Shown here one piece after another: positions 47,974 to 57,764 of a stretch of DNA of 64,000 bases. The stretch spans positions 64,001-128,000 of the IMG/VR virus record IMGVR_UViG_3300029745_000341, one strand, 5' to 3'. The DNA comes from a virus (taxonomy: Duplodnaviria; Heunggongvirae; Uroviricota; Caudoviricetes). Below the pieces are notes generated by a model. It had not been told where the DNA came from. It was given only the letters and a program-made list of their open reading frames with translations, and ran no database searches. The first letter of the stretch is position 1. The number at the start of each line of letters is the position of its first letter. The translations under genes were made by a program, and so were the position numbers.

Positions 47974-49962
47974 TCAAATCTTGCAGGGCTTGATATTTGC
48001 CGAAGCAGCTAACAAGTCCATAAGGTCTTGAATACCTTCGTGAGCGCCATACGGTACATGGAAGTGTACTGTAATATGATCATCAATTACCCTACCGAAG
48101 CCGTTAGAGTAACGTGCCGGCTTCAACGTTACTGAATAATCAGCATACGGAGCCAACAGATCTAAGCGGGTTTCTTCGTTGGTAAACATCCGTTCCATAA
48201 GTTCTTGGTGAGTCTTACGGAAATCGAAGAACATACGTTGTTCGCGTTCCTTATCCAGCAATTCAGCGCCGAGGTGAGTACGCGGAGCCCAGTGCTGTTT
48301 GTATTCGGTATGGATCGGGTTGAAGTACGTGCTGATAGCCTCGCGCTGTTCATCCGGATAACCGCCATTTACAGCAATACGAACAGATCCTTCTTGGAAT
48401 GTCAGACGGTCAATCAAACAGTCAGACGGAGAAATCATGTAGTCAATACCACGGAACAAGATACCGCATTTGCAGTTCTTAGGAAGCGGATCGGCGATAA
48501 TGGACTGATCTCCTGCTACGGCACCCAAACGTTTCCAGTTACGTCCACGATAAGATTCGGGAGCTTTAGATACGAAGAAGTCTTTGAAAATTTTATTGCA
48601 TTCGTCGCAAACCATGTTAGTAACGACCGTTGTTTTGAATTTATGTTGACATCCACCAGGTGTACCATAATCTTCGATTGTCAGATACGGGAATGCTGCC
48701 TGCAATTCTTCTTTAGCACTGTTACCACATTCATCATCCGGCAACGTGATTTCATAAGCTTCTTTCGAAATCTTACAAGAACCACATGCTTCCCAGCTAA
48801 CAGTAGTAACAGTAGGATTGCTACACATATCTGCTGTTTTAGCAACGAACGTTACTGTGGCAGTCGGATTGGTTTCTACAAATGCATCGATATCAGCCTT
48901 CGTCAGTTTCTTGCTTACGGCCACAGTGTACATACCTACGCCGCCATCCTGGGCTGCTGTTTTCTCGGCAGTGCTACTAACGGCATTCTTAATGCTTTCT
49001 ACTACAGTAGACTGATCAACACCATCATCCTCTAACGTTACGGCATAAATCAAACCGCCGTCTACCTTAGTATATCCGTCAGGGCACTCTTCGCAGCCTT
49101 TCATGATAGAAGACAACTTTTGAGTATAATCAGAAGGCTTACCACCTTCTTTCATCACCTGATATTTAGATGTAGAAAGATGACGTCCGACTCTCTTGAT
49201 ATCCAAACCAGGATAAGCAGCCTTAAGCTGAGCCAGAGCATAAGCATCACCGGTATCACACATTTCCATGCAATAGAAATTCATGTCGGTTTCCACCGGA
49301 GTTTTTTCCATTTCATTGCAAGAATGGATAGGATGGATTTCTACAAAATCACCTACCTTGCCACCACCTGCAATCGGCTGATTCTTGATACGTTCGATTG
49401 TTTTCAGAATAGCAGCCAAAATATCAACATCTTCGCAAGGATCACATTCTGAGCACATATCCTCACGACCCGGACAGTTTTCGAAAATGATGTAATCATC
49501 GATATTCACCTCACCCATCGGATAACCACGAAGCTCGAACAAACGGCCTGTCAACTTAATATGAATAGGGATACGATCACCTTTCCTTGCTGTAATAGCG
49601 GTACTGTCGTCAATTCCGTTATAACCGAAAATAACCTCATCTACTTTAATTTCTTTGCTCTTCGGAGCAGAAGCGTACACTTCTATAATTTCATCAATAG
49701 CAAACGTAGGTGTAGAGAATGATTTATCATCAGATACACGGTCGTTCACCATCTCATTACGTCCGATTCTGATCTGGAAACGTTGTTCGTCCTTACGATA
49801 TCCTTTCAAGTCTTTCAACGCTTTCAAACCATCTTTAGTCTGCTCACCATCCAAATCATAGATAGCGATCTGACCTTCTTGAAGCAACAAAGAATCTACG
49901 TCCGCCAACTTAGCGTGCGGAGGACAGATAATGTGTCTGTCATACGGTTTATGGATAGCCAT
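47974..49962 (-). CDS. Abundant structural protein (auxiliary capsid/decoration-like)
   Basis: 662 aa, three genes downstream of MCP, followed by a strong terminator (~47915-47949). Function inferred from position. Confidence 0.5.
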   Translation of the reverse strand: MAIHKPYDRHIICPPHAKLADVDSLLLQEGQIAIYDLDGEQTKDGLKALKDLKGYRKDEQRFQIRIGRNEMVNDRVSDDKSFSTPTFAIDEIIEVYASAPKSKEIKVDEVIFGYNGIDDSTAITARKGDRIPIHIKLTGRLFELRGYPMGEVNIDDYIIFENCPGREDMCSECDPCEDVDILAAILKTIERIKNQPIAGGGKVGDFVEIHPIHSCNEMEKTPVETDMNFYCMEMCDTGDAYALAQLKAAYPGLDIKRVGRHLSTSKYQVMKEGGKPSDYTQKLSSIMKGCEECPDGYTKVDGGLIYAVTLEDDGVDQSTVVESIKNAVSSTAEKTAAQDGGVGMYTVAVSKKLTKADIDAFVETNPTATVTFVAKTADMCSNPTVTTVSWEACGSCKISKEAYEITLPDDECGNSAKEELQAAFPYLTIEDYGTPGGCQHKFKTTVVTNMVCDECNKIFKDFFVSKAPESYRGRNWKRLGAVAGDQSIIADPLPKNCKCGILFRGIDYMISPSDCLIDRLTFQEGSVRIAVNGGYPDEQREAISTYFNPIHTEYKQHWAPRTHLGAELLDKEREQRMFFDFRKTHQELMERMFTNEETRLDLLAPYADYSVTLKPARYSNGFGRVIDDHITVHFHVPYGAHEGIQDLMDLLAASANIKPCKI

Positions 49963-50104
49963 AGCCTTATAATATTTTAAAAATTAATATTCTGTTATCT
50001 GTCTCAAAAATAGTGATAGTCATATAAGCAACAAAAAGCATTATGAATTAATTAATTCTTAATGCTTTTTGATAGTCTTTAATTTAGGATATGCCTTTCT
50101 TCTG

Positions 50105-50779
50105 CTACAAAGGAGATTGGACGTTGTTTGAATCTATTTGATAACGTCCGTATTCGCTTTCATTCAAAGCAAATTGCTTTTCAATCATGTTAAGGATAAT
50201 ACCAATTAATTTATCATCTAATTCAGGATCTATATCAGTTGAATTAGAACCATCGGATTTAATATATCCTTCGATGTCAACTTCCTTCGGATAGCGGTAA
50301 TATGTAAGGTAAACGGTGTCTACATCAAAACCAGACTTATACACCCTTACCGAATCTTCTCCTATTGTATAGAATGTTTCCCTAAAATCAAAATCAGGTT
50401 TGTTAAAAGAGTCGGCAAGAAGCTCATGCGGATTTTCGTTCTTAGCCTCCCACATGGTAAAATCAGTGACCGTGCATTCACCTTTGGTAAATACGCCTGA
50501 TATGTTTGAAAAAGAGAAGAAATCAGAAGGCAATGAAAATAAAATGCTTTCCGGATTATCTTTATCTCCTCTATCATCAAGTTCTTTCGAATACACAACC
50601 AGCTTTTGGATATAACGTATATCCTCTTCATTTTTCTTATCAAGGATATAACGAACAAGGCGGTTTTGTTCGTCATTAAAAAGCTGAACAAAACGTGCCT
50701 TGTCAAGTTTTATACCACCGTTGGTCATGTTTTCTTCAGCCTTCTGTAAGGCCCGGAGATAACAATCAACGATTCTCAT
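50105..50779 (-). CDS. Putative head-tail connector/ring protein
   Basis: LFSLPSDF...YLTYYRYPKEV...DPELDD resembles crAss-like connector proteins. Confidence 0.5.
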   Translation of the reverse strand: MRIVDCYLRALQKAEENMTNGGIKLDKARFVQLFNDEQNRLVRYILDKKNEEDIRYIQKLVVYSKELDDRGDKDNPESILFSLPSDFFSFSNISGVFTKGECTVTDFTMWEAKNENPHELLADSFNKPDFDFRETFYTIGEDSVRVYKSGFDVDTVYLTYYRYPKEVDIEGYIKSDGSNSTDIDPELDDKLIGIILNMIEKQFALNESEYGRYQIDSNNVQSPL

Positions 50780-50785
50780 AAATTA

Positions 50786-51871
50786 TTATTTTTTGTCAGC
50801 GTATTGATCAACATCGAAACCTTTCTCATCTTCCTTTTTCTTCTTGTCAGACTTAGTGCCTTCTATTTTTTTATGCTTGTTCTTTAAAGCGTTATACGCT
50901 TCCAGGACACGTGACTTAGTTTCTAACATCGACTTATTGGAAGCAAGAGCCATAGATGCAGAGATGGCGTCGGCGCCCAGGAGCTCGCCATTCAGATACA
51001 GTCCGTCGGTGTTGACGGTGACAGCCAGGCCCTCGATCATTTCCCTGATCATACGATGGAATTTAATCACCTGCATCCCTTCGGAAGATTCGTCGTCAGA
51101 TAAAAACCTTGAGCTTGCTTCTTTATACATGTCAACGTTCGTATTCTTGGCGTCAATCCAATTAGTGAATATGTATTGAACCATGCTCTGATCAAGCTCT
51201 ACGCTGTATATGATGTCAAGATACAAAAGCAGATCGTAGATGCTTTTTCTTTCAGCCTCAGATCCTTTCAGTTTGTTCATGAACTCATATAAAATATCAG
51301 CCTTATCAATCTGACGTTGTTTCCTGATATCTACGGCCGTAGTCTTGTCTTCTACACAATAATAAGATTCGACATACATCGGATTACCGTCTTCCTCTTT
51401 AGGGGTAAGAGACTTGGACAAAATAGCTATATACAGCTCAAATAAATCACGAACGTCATTAGTGTAGAACAAACGACCATCATACAAGTCTATTCTGTAA
51501 GAATCCCAGAAATCGAAATTCTTTTGGTCCAGGTCCTCATTGACAGTTTCTTCAAACGGATACCGAATATTCTTAATACGCATATCCATTTCATTCTTCT
51601 TGTCTTCAAGTGAGTAACCTTTATAACATGCTGAATTGATGAAGAAACCGGTATCATACACCCTAAGATCCTTATCCCATCCACAACAAGATACTGTCTT
51701 GTTCCCAGGGAAAGGAGTCTTGGAAATACCTCTTTCCTGATATCCGGAAGGAGCTTCTTCATCCATCTTACCTGTTATAACATAAATAGAGTCGGAATAT
51801 ATCTTCATTCCTCCTACGGTAGCCAGCAGTTTCTTAGACTCATGGCTTTCTTCAAAAATCTTTTTTCCCAT
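50786..51871 (-). CDS. Hypothetical protein following MCP
   Basis: 361-aa ORF in the head module. Confidence 0.6.
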   Translation of the reverse strand: MGKKIFEESHESKKLLATVGGMKIYSDSIYVITGKMDEEAPSGYQERGISKTPFPGNKTVSCCGWDKDLRVYDTGFFINSACYKGYSLEDKKNEMDMRIKNIRYPFEETVNEDLDQKNFDFWDSYRIDLYDGRLFYTNDVRDLFELYIAILSKSLTPKEEDGNPMYVESYYCVEDKTTAVDIRKQRQIDKADILYEFMNKLKGSEAERKSIYDLLLYLDIIYSVELDQSMVQYIFTNWIDAKNTNVDMYKEASSRFLSDDESSEGMQVIKFHRMIREMIEGLAVTVNTDGLYLNGELLGADAISASMALASNKSMLETKSRVLEAYNALKNKHKKIEGTKSDKKKKEDEKGFDVDQYADKK

Positions 51872-51899
51872 CTTTTTATATATCCTATGAAAACAAAAT

Positions 51900-51927
51900 T
51901 TGCGGCCGGTTTTAAAGCCGACCGCAA
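51900..51927 (-). terminator. Terminator after MCP
   Basis: TTGCGGCCGGTTT/AAAGCCGACCGCAA stem with an adjacent A-rich tract on the + strand. Confidence 0.65.
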
Positions 51928-51947
51928 GTTAATATTAAAAGTTATGA

Positions 51948-53648
51948 TCACAAAGAACTTGGTAACAATTCAATTGTTACGAACCGGCTGGTATCTTTTA
52001 CCCAACAAGCCGATACAGAGTGGCACCAGAATTGTTCTGACATACGAGGATGGCTGGATACAATTTCTTGAGCCGATACCCTGGATGACCATCTACCTTG
52101 TTCGTAACCCCACCACATAGAACCGATATCAGGCTTAACGTAGAATACGTTGCTGTTGATATTACCAATACGAGCTTCGGATGAAGCAGGGATGCCGGCG
52201 AATGCATTGGAATATTCAGGAGCGGTCAAATCTTCCATAATACATGAATATGATGTGATAGGAGTCATACCGTCTACCAACTGGCTTCTATCTACCATAT
52301 CAACGTAATCCAAAGAAGGTTCGTGTTCTACAATAACCTTACCAATACCCGGAATAGTAACACCCTTGATCTTTACAGGTCCTAATTCAAGAGCATCGTT
52401 TGATCCTGTTACCGGGTTATTGATGATACGTTCTGTACCCATAAGAGGAGCCAAAGCACCTAATTGAGCGAAGAACTCATCACGGAAGATTTCAACGATG
52501 TTCTTATAAGCCATAGCACCTACCTTGAATTTCATTACACGATTTTCAATCGGCATATCGCTACGACCACGGAAAATATAGTCGGCAGCAGCCAGGAAGT
52601 GTTCACGCTTGATACCGCCCGGACGTGCATATGAGATAACGAAACCACGGCGAAGTTGATGGTACAAACCTTCGTTTTTCATCAAAACACCATTATGACC
52701 CTTGACTCTACCTCCACGCATGAACATAAGTTCGTATGCTTCCATCTTAGCCAATTCAGCCAAACAGAACAAAGACACTGTATTGGCTACACGAGCTGTA
52801 CGCATATCAATGCTTCCGTCACCAAGACGAGAACCGATGATAGCATAACTTGCATCACCTCCTCTGATTTCAGAAAGCTGACGAACTTTCTGGTAAGCCT
52901 TGTCGATGAAATTCTGTGTACGTTCGTCCGCATAAGCCAAAGACTTAATACCGGCGTACATAGTCGTTTCACCTTCAACACCACGGTGTCCACCAAGCGT
53001 AAATTCACAAGTCATAGAACCAGCCTTAGAAGCACCTCCTACACCAGAGAACTGAGTAGAGAACTCACCAAGAACGTTTGTTACCTTCCAGTATTTAATG
53101 CCGGCGCGAAGCATGTCTTTCGGGAAGTATTTAGCACGAGAACGACCCCACAGCTTACACCAGTATCTCCAGTTTTCACCTTCTTGTTTAGGAGGACGCT
53201 CTGTAGAGATAAGAGCCTGGCAACCGTTAATCACATCGTAAGTAATAACATCTCCTTGTTTAAATTGTGCATTCAACACAATTTCGAAGAAGCTTTCATC
53301 AATACCGGGTTTTGCATATTTCAAAGACGTATCTTCTACTGTAACCACCTCATACGTTTCTGATACCGGAAGATCATAACGGAATGAACCATTGATACCA
53401 TTTACGGTAATAGTAGCATCCTGTTTGATCATACCCATATACATAGGCAGAGGATAGTTTGTAATGTTAGAAAACAACTCAAGCATACCCAGATGGTTCT
53501 TATCCGGATCTTCGTAGTACCAATCTTCTAAAGAGCTAAGATCGTGTTCTACGATACTTTGCTTAACGACTTTAGCGTCGGTATATCCAATCACCGTGTC
53601 ACCATTCATGGTGGCCGGGAAATTTTTTGTTAAAAGTACATTAGCCAT
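51948..53648 (-). CDS. Major capsid protein (crAss-like)
   Basis: 566 aa in the order terminase-portal-acidic scaffold-this gene, followed by a terminator. ELMFMRGG...EGLYHQL resembles crAss-like MCPs. Confidence 0.8.
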   Translation of the reverse strand: MANVLLTKNFPATMNGDTVIGYTDAKVVKQSIVEHDLSSLEDWYYEDPDKNHLGMLELFSNITNYPLPMYMGMIKQDATITVNGINGSFRYDLPVSETYEVVTVEDTSLKYAKPGIDESFFEIVLNAQFKQGDVITYDVINGCQALISTERPPKQEGENWRYWCKLWGRSRAKYFPKDMLRAGIKYWKVTNVLGEFSTQFSGVGGASKAGSMTCEFTLGGHRGVEGETTMYAGIKSLAYADERTQNFIDKAYQKVRQLSEIRGGDASYAIIGSRLGDGSIDMRTARVANTVSLFCLAELAKMEAYELMFMRGGRVKGHNGVLMKNEGLYHQLRRGFVISYARPGGIKREHFLAAADYIFRGRSDMPIENRVMKFKVGAMAYKNIVEIFRDEFFAQLGALAPLMGTERIINNPVTGSNDALELGPVKIKGVTIPGIGKVIVEHEPSLDYVDMVDRSQLVDGMTPITSYSCIMEDLTAPEYSNAFAGIPASSEARIGNINSNVFYVKPDIGSMWWGYEQGRWSSRVSAQEIVSSHPRMSEQFWCHSVSACWVKDTSRFVTIELLPSSL

Positions 53649-53670
53649 GAACGAAAAAATGTTTTAATTT

Positions 53671-54837
53671 TTAATCTATACTGATTTCATCGAACTTCAC
53701 ACCTTGAACTTGATCACCTTTATCATCTACCGGAGCCACCCTCTTGTCTTTATTTGTATGGCTGATGAGCTTATAAATTTTCTTTTTCTCATCAACTACA
53801 GCTTGATTCGACTTCTGTTTTATGAACTCTCCTGGGTTCATAAGAAACATAATCAAATCTGGCGCTTCTTCCGGATTCATCATCATCTCCCTTACCCTAT
53901 TAAATGCTTTGGTAATTCCGGGATTCGATTCAGAAGGTTTTAGGGCAAAATCAAGAGCTTTAGATACCATAGTGTCATTTAGCTGATACTTTGCCTGGAT
54001 AGAAGACTTAAGGTCTTTCTTATACCTTCTAAAATCTTCTGCATCCTTCGCCTTCTTTTCGGCAGCCTCTTTAGTACGTTGCTGGATAATATCATCCATT
54101 CTCTTATCAAGCTCAGCCTTGTACTTTATAGCCTTTGCTTCAACATACTCTTCACCTTTATTGATAATGCCTTTGAAAAACTCATCAGCTTCATCTTTAG
54201 GCAACCCAAGAAGATCAACATAATGGCGAACAATCTTTATCTGATCTGCTTTGTTTTCAATGTCAAGCTTTTCTATAGGAGCGACATTCGTATCATATTG
54301 CTTAAGAATATCAACGATATTCGCGCCGGCCTTATCAGCCTGGATAAGCTTCTTAGTAATATCAGAAACAGAGGTAACATCTATCTTATCCTTAACAATG
54401 TCCTCTTTCTGGCTTTCAAGGACTGTAGATAGTATGTCACACAACGAATCTTCTTTACTAAAATCAAGATCATTGATAGTAATCTCTTCGCCGTTTTCAC
54501 CGCTAAACACCACATCTTTCAAATCGGGAATGATTCCCCTTGAAGAAAGGGCATCCAATACTTTTCTGTAATTGATAACCGGGGTCTCTACCTGATCCTG
54601 ATTAACATCAACTACATTCTCTTCTCCTTTTTTATCCTCTTTAGGATCAGGAGTAGGGTCAACAACCGGCTCTTCTTTAATTTGAGAACCTTCTTCTACA
54701 GGCTTCTCATCTTTTTTAGCCGGTTCATTACCATTAATAGGCAGAATATCTTCTTCCCTATTATAAACATCATCAACCGGACCGATACTAAAAATATCGT
54801 CCAATTCTACTATTCCATTTTTTTCTAATTTTCCCAT
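53671..54837 (-). CDS. Putative capsid scaffold protein
   Basis: Acidic, Pro-rich N-terminus and coiled coil, between portal and MCP. Confidence 0.6.
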   Translation of the reverse strand: MGKLEKNGIVELDDIFSIGPVDDVYNREEDILPINGNEPAKKDEKPVEEGSQIKEEPVVDPTPDPKEDKKGEENVVDVNQDQVETPVINYRKVLDALSSRGIIPDLKDVVFSGENGEEITINDLDFSKEDSLCDILSTVLESQKEDIVKDKIDVTSVSDITKKLIQADKAGANIVDILKQYDTNVAPIEKLDIENKADQIKIVRHYVDLLGLPKDEADEFFKGIINKGEEYVEAKAIKYKAELDKRMDDIIQQRTKEAAEKKAKDAEDFRRYKKDLKSSIQAKYQLNDTMVSKALDFALKPSESNPGITKAFNRVREMMMNPEEAPDLIMFLMNPGEFIKQKSNQAVVDEKKKIYKLISHTNKDKRVAPVDDKGDQVQGVKFDEISID

Positions 54838-54905
54838 ACTGCAAAAATATTTAAATACCTATATTTCAGATAAAAAACTTATAAGTGTTTAATCTTCACT
54901 AAAAA

Positions 54906-54960
54906 TTAAATATCCCCAAATTTTATTAGAGATTTTCTAATGAAATTTGGGGATATTTAA
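54906..54960. terminator. Long hairpin between portal and scaffold genes
   Basis: TTAAATATCCCCAAATTT...AAATTTGGGGATATTTAA. Confidence 0.6.
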
Positions 54961-54963
54961 TCC

Positions 54964-57723
54964 TTAATTCTTATTGATTCCGGCTACATACCTTTTGGTG
55001 GCATCTTCCCTCGCTCGTTGAGCAAGCTCTTTGGATTTTAATTTTAACTCTTCCATTTTCATTCTCATTTCATCATCATGAAGTTTGGAATCGTTTTCAA
55101 TTTTCTTATCCTCTATCCTTTCCTTACTTTCTATATCAGCTTGCCTTACGGTCTGATCTGAAACAGAAGCCAGGAAGTTGAGGGAGGTGGCGTCACTCTT
55201 GGCGTCTGCCGCCCTGCCTGCCGCCTGGATCTTCTCTTGGAGTATCCTGTATTGACCTTTCTTGTCTTCCAAGGCAAGTTCATGCTGACGTTGCTTATCC
55301 TTCTCAGCAGCTTCAGCTTGTATCTGTTGCTGGTTAAGCTGCATCTGATTCTGTTGTTGCTGCTGCATCTGACGCTCATTGTATGCGCGAGTATTCCTTG
55401 CATTCTGTATAAGCTCTACCATAGAATCTGATGTGAAGATAGATGCAAGATCGTAAATATCGCCTCCGGCCGTATTTAGCTGCAACATGAAAGTTTTAAA
55501 TTTCTCAAGCTCATCCCTTTTCTTGGAATTAGATAATGCCTGAACACCAAGATGCCTTAGACTAAGACCGTCGGTTCCTATAGATAAGAATGCTCTGGTA
55601 AGGTCACTTTTTGTGTACATTACAGAAATATCCTTTCCTTCTTCCTGGCATTGTTGAGCAACAGCCAGATGAAGATCCAAAGCGCGTTTCTTGAAGTAAC
55701 CGAAGTTATCAAAGTATATCTGTGTTTGTAACATAGATGCTGTAACGCCCTGCTGGACCCCAGTGGCGGTCTCATACCTGTTGGGGCCATTAATTACTTG
55801 AGGAGTGATACCAACCATTTCAAAACACTTCATCCTCGACCATTCAGCAAGCTCCATTCTTGTTTTAAGCTGCTCTGTCTGGGATAAATCATAGACAGCA
55901 AACTGGTTGAAAGGAACACCACCTTTCGTGTTTTGAGATGAGGTATCTAATGTAAGAGCGCCTACAGACTTAGCTACATCAAGAAGATTAGCCCATATAT
56001 CAGCCACATCTTCACCCAAATCCTTGTATTCACTTGGAACCAGATTTATATCCCCTAAGAAGAATTTACCGATCTCCTTTTCAAGAATATTGTTTATCTG
56101 ATTTATGGAGAAATTATAAAATATTTGATACGGCTGAATCCTGTTAGCCATAGAAGTACCAATATATCCGGCAACGGGTAGAACAAAGTCATAGATGTTG
56201 CTATCCCCTTTTATCTGGTGATCAATAGGTTCTCCATCCAGATACAGGTTGTCCTGAGCGAGGGCACCTCCACTGATTTTAACCCCGTACCTTACCTGTG
56301 GAACATAATCTACGAAATAGGTATTAATCTCCGGGTTCTCCATTCCCTTACTCATGGTCCTGGTAATTTTCTTAATACCATTTTCCTGTAAAAAGTCCTG
56401 AAGAAGCTCGTCGGTTACCATTTCAGTAGTTACTAATCCGGTTTCAGTTTGGTAGGTAATTACATATACCTGAGCCGGGGATACCCAATATGATTCAGTT
56501 ACCTGATACAAATCACTACGAACATGCTCGTCGCTCAAACTCTGGGCGCGGTTATAATAATTACCATGCTCTAAATTTGGCATGAATCTGGTTCTGTGAT
56601 ATTCGTTGCCATTACTATCGTATCCGGTATATGTGCCGGCTGGAATACCGTAATAATCCTCATAAGCTTTTATAGAAGCATAATCATTATATCCTTTCCA
56701 AGGTATTACCTTATTCTGATATAACATCCCTACGCTCGCCGATTTGGATAAACTTACATAGCTTCCATTATCACCATTATGATAAGTGCCATTGAAATTA
56801 TCAGCACCTCCTATAAGCTTTTGCTTGTCTTTTGCCGTAAGAAGATGCCCCCACCTTACTATAATATCATTGGCAGTATAATAATGAACACGACCAATAT
56901 AATCCCCATATTGAGGATACTTGCTATCTAATGTCTTAGAATAAAACGTATTCAACGGAGACCATCTTTCCGGCTTATAATAGTCGTATCCTACATGATA
57001 ATTTCTAAAGCAACGACCGGTAAGAAGATAGTCGATGAAATTCTCAGTGTCTATCTCATCCATGTAAAAACGCCCCCTGTCCGCCTCAAGCGTATGAGAA
57101 CCCCATATAACCTCGGCAGTCTTCCATTTTGTATTCATGAAGTTCTCTATCTCAGGAGGGGTCATAGATGCTTTCACCTCTTGTATCTGTTGAGCATAAG
57201 CCTGCTTTTCTTCTTCGCTGGCAAAATTATTATAATCCGGATCCAATCCTCTATTTAATAACTCTTGCCTAACTCTTCTGTCCAATTCCTCTCTAATGTA
57301 ATTATAAAGAAGATTTTCCTTCGTGGCAGAATACTGATTCACTTCAGATTCGTCCAATCCAACTACATTATACTTGTCAGAAAGGTTGCCCAACCATCCT
57401 ACAAAAGCGTTTACGATCGTACCTATTATATCATAATGACGTAAGAATGATGGAATATTTACATTGTCCCTTATAGACTGAACATCCTTAAGATAAGGAA
57501 TTACATCTTTCAGTTCCATAAATGACAGCTTGCCTTCCATCATCCTATAAAAATCCTTGAACTTTTGGTTCTCATCAAGCTGCTTCAAACCAATCAATTC
57601 AAGAGAATCCATAGTGGCTTTAAACCACTCCTTGGTTTTTCTCTTGGTAGGTATAGCCTGCACCGGCAACCCTGAAAATACTCCTCTGGCCGGAAAAGCC
57701 TGATCTCTGTTAAAATACTCCAT
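54964..57723 (-). CDS. Portal protein (crAss-like)
   Basis: 919 aa directly downstream of terminase. LPVQAIPTKRKTKEW, RHYDIIG, GITPQ...ETATGVQQ and a Gln-rich C-terminal barrel. Confidence 0.82.
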   Translation of the reverse strand: MEYFNRDQAFPARGVFSGLPVQAIPTKRKTKEWFKATMDSLELIGLKQLDENQKFKDFYRMMEGKLSFMELKDVIPYLKDVQSIRDNVNIPSFLRHYDIIGTIVNAFVGWLGNLSDKYNVVGLDESEVNQYSATKENLLYNYIREELDRRVRQELLNRGLDPDYNNFASEEEKQAYAQQIQEVKASMTPPEIENFMNTKWKTAEVIWGSHTLEADRGRFYMDEIDTENFIDYLLTGRCFRNYHVGYDYYKPERWSPLNTFYSKTLDSKYPQYGDYIGRVHYYTANDIIVRWGHLLTAKDKQKLIGGADNFNGTYHNGDNGSYVSLSKSASVGMLYQNKVIPWKGYNDYASIKAYEDYYGIPAGTYTGYDSNGNEYHRTRFMPNLEHGNYYNRAQSLSDEHVRSDLYQVTESYWVSPAQVYVITYQTETGLVTTEMVTDELLQDFLQENGIKKITRTMSKGMENPEINTYFVDYVPQVRYGVKISGGALAQDNLYLDGEPIDHQIKGDSNIYDFVLPVAGYIGTSMANRIQPYQIFYNFSINQINNILEKEIGKFFLGDINLVPSEYKDLGEDVADIWANLLDVAKSVGALTLDTSSQNTKGGVPFNQFAVYDLSQTEQLKTRMELAEWSRMKCFEMVGITPQVINGPNRYETATGVQQGVTASMLQTQIYFDNFGYFKKRALDLHLAVAQQCQEEGKDISVMYTKSDLTRAFLSIGTDGLSLRHLGVQALSNSKKRDELEKFKTFMLQLNTAGGDIYDLASIFTSDSMVELIQNARNTRAYNERQMQQQQQNQMQLNQQQIQAEAAEKDKQRQHELALEDKKGQYRILQEKIQAAGRAADAKSDATSLNFLASVSDQTVRQADIESKERIEDKKIENDSKLHDDEMRMKMEELKLKSKELAQRAREDATKRYVAGINKN

Positions 57724-57739
57724 GAGCTATATGTTTTTT

Positions 57740-57749
57740 CACAAAGATA
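57740..57749 (-). promoter_or_regulatory. TATCTTTGTG promoter element (representative copy)
   Basis: Identical 10-mer at 3856, 17659, 22933, 39270, 40853 and 57740, each shortly upstream of a start codon. Contains the Bacteroidota -7 consensus TAnnTTTG. Confidence 0.8.
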
Positions 57750-57764
57750 GGTAAATTGTTCTAC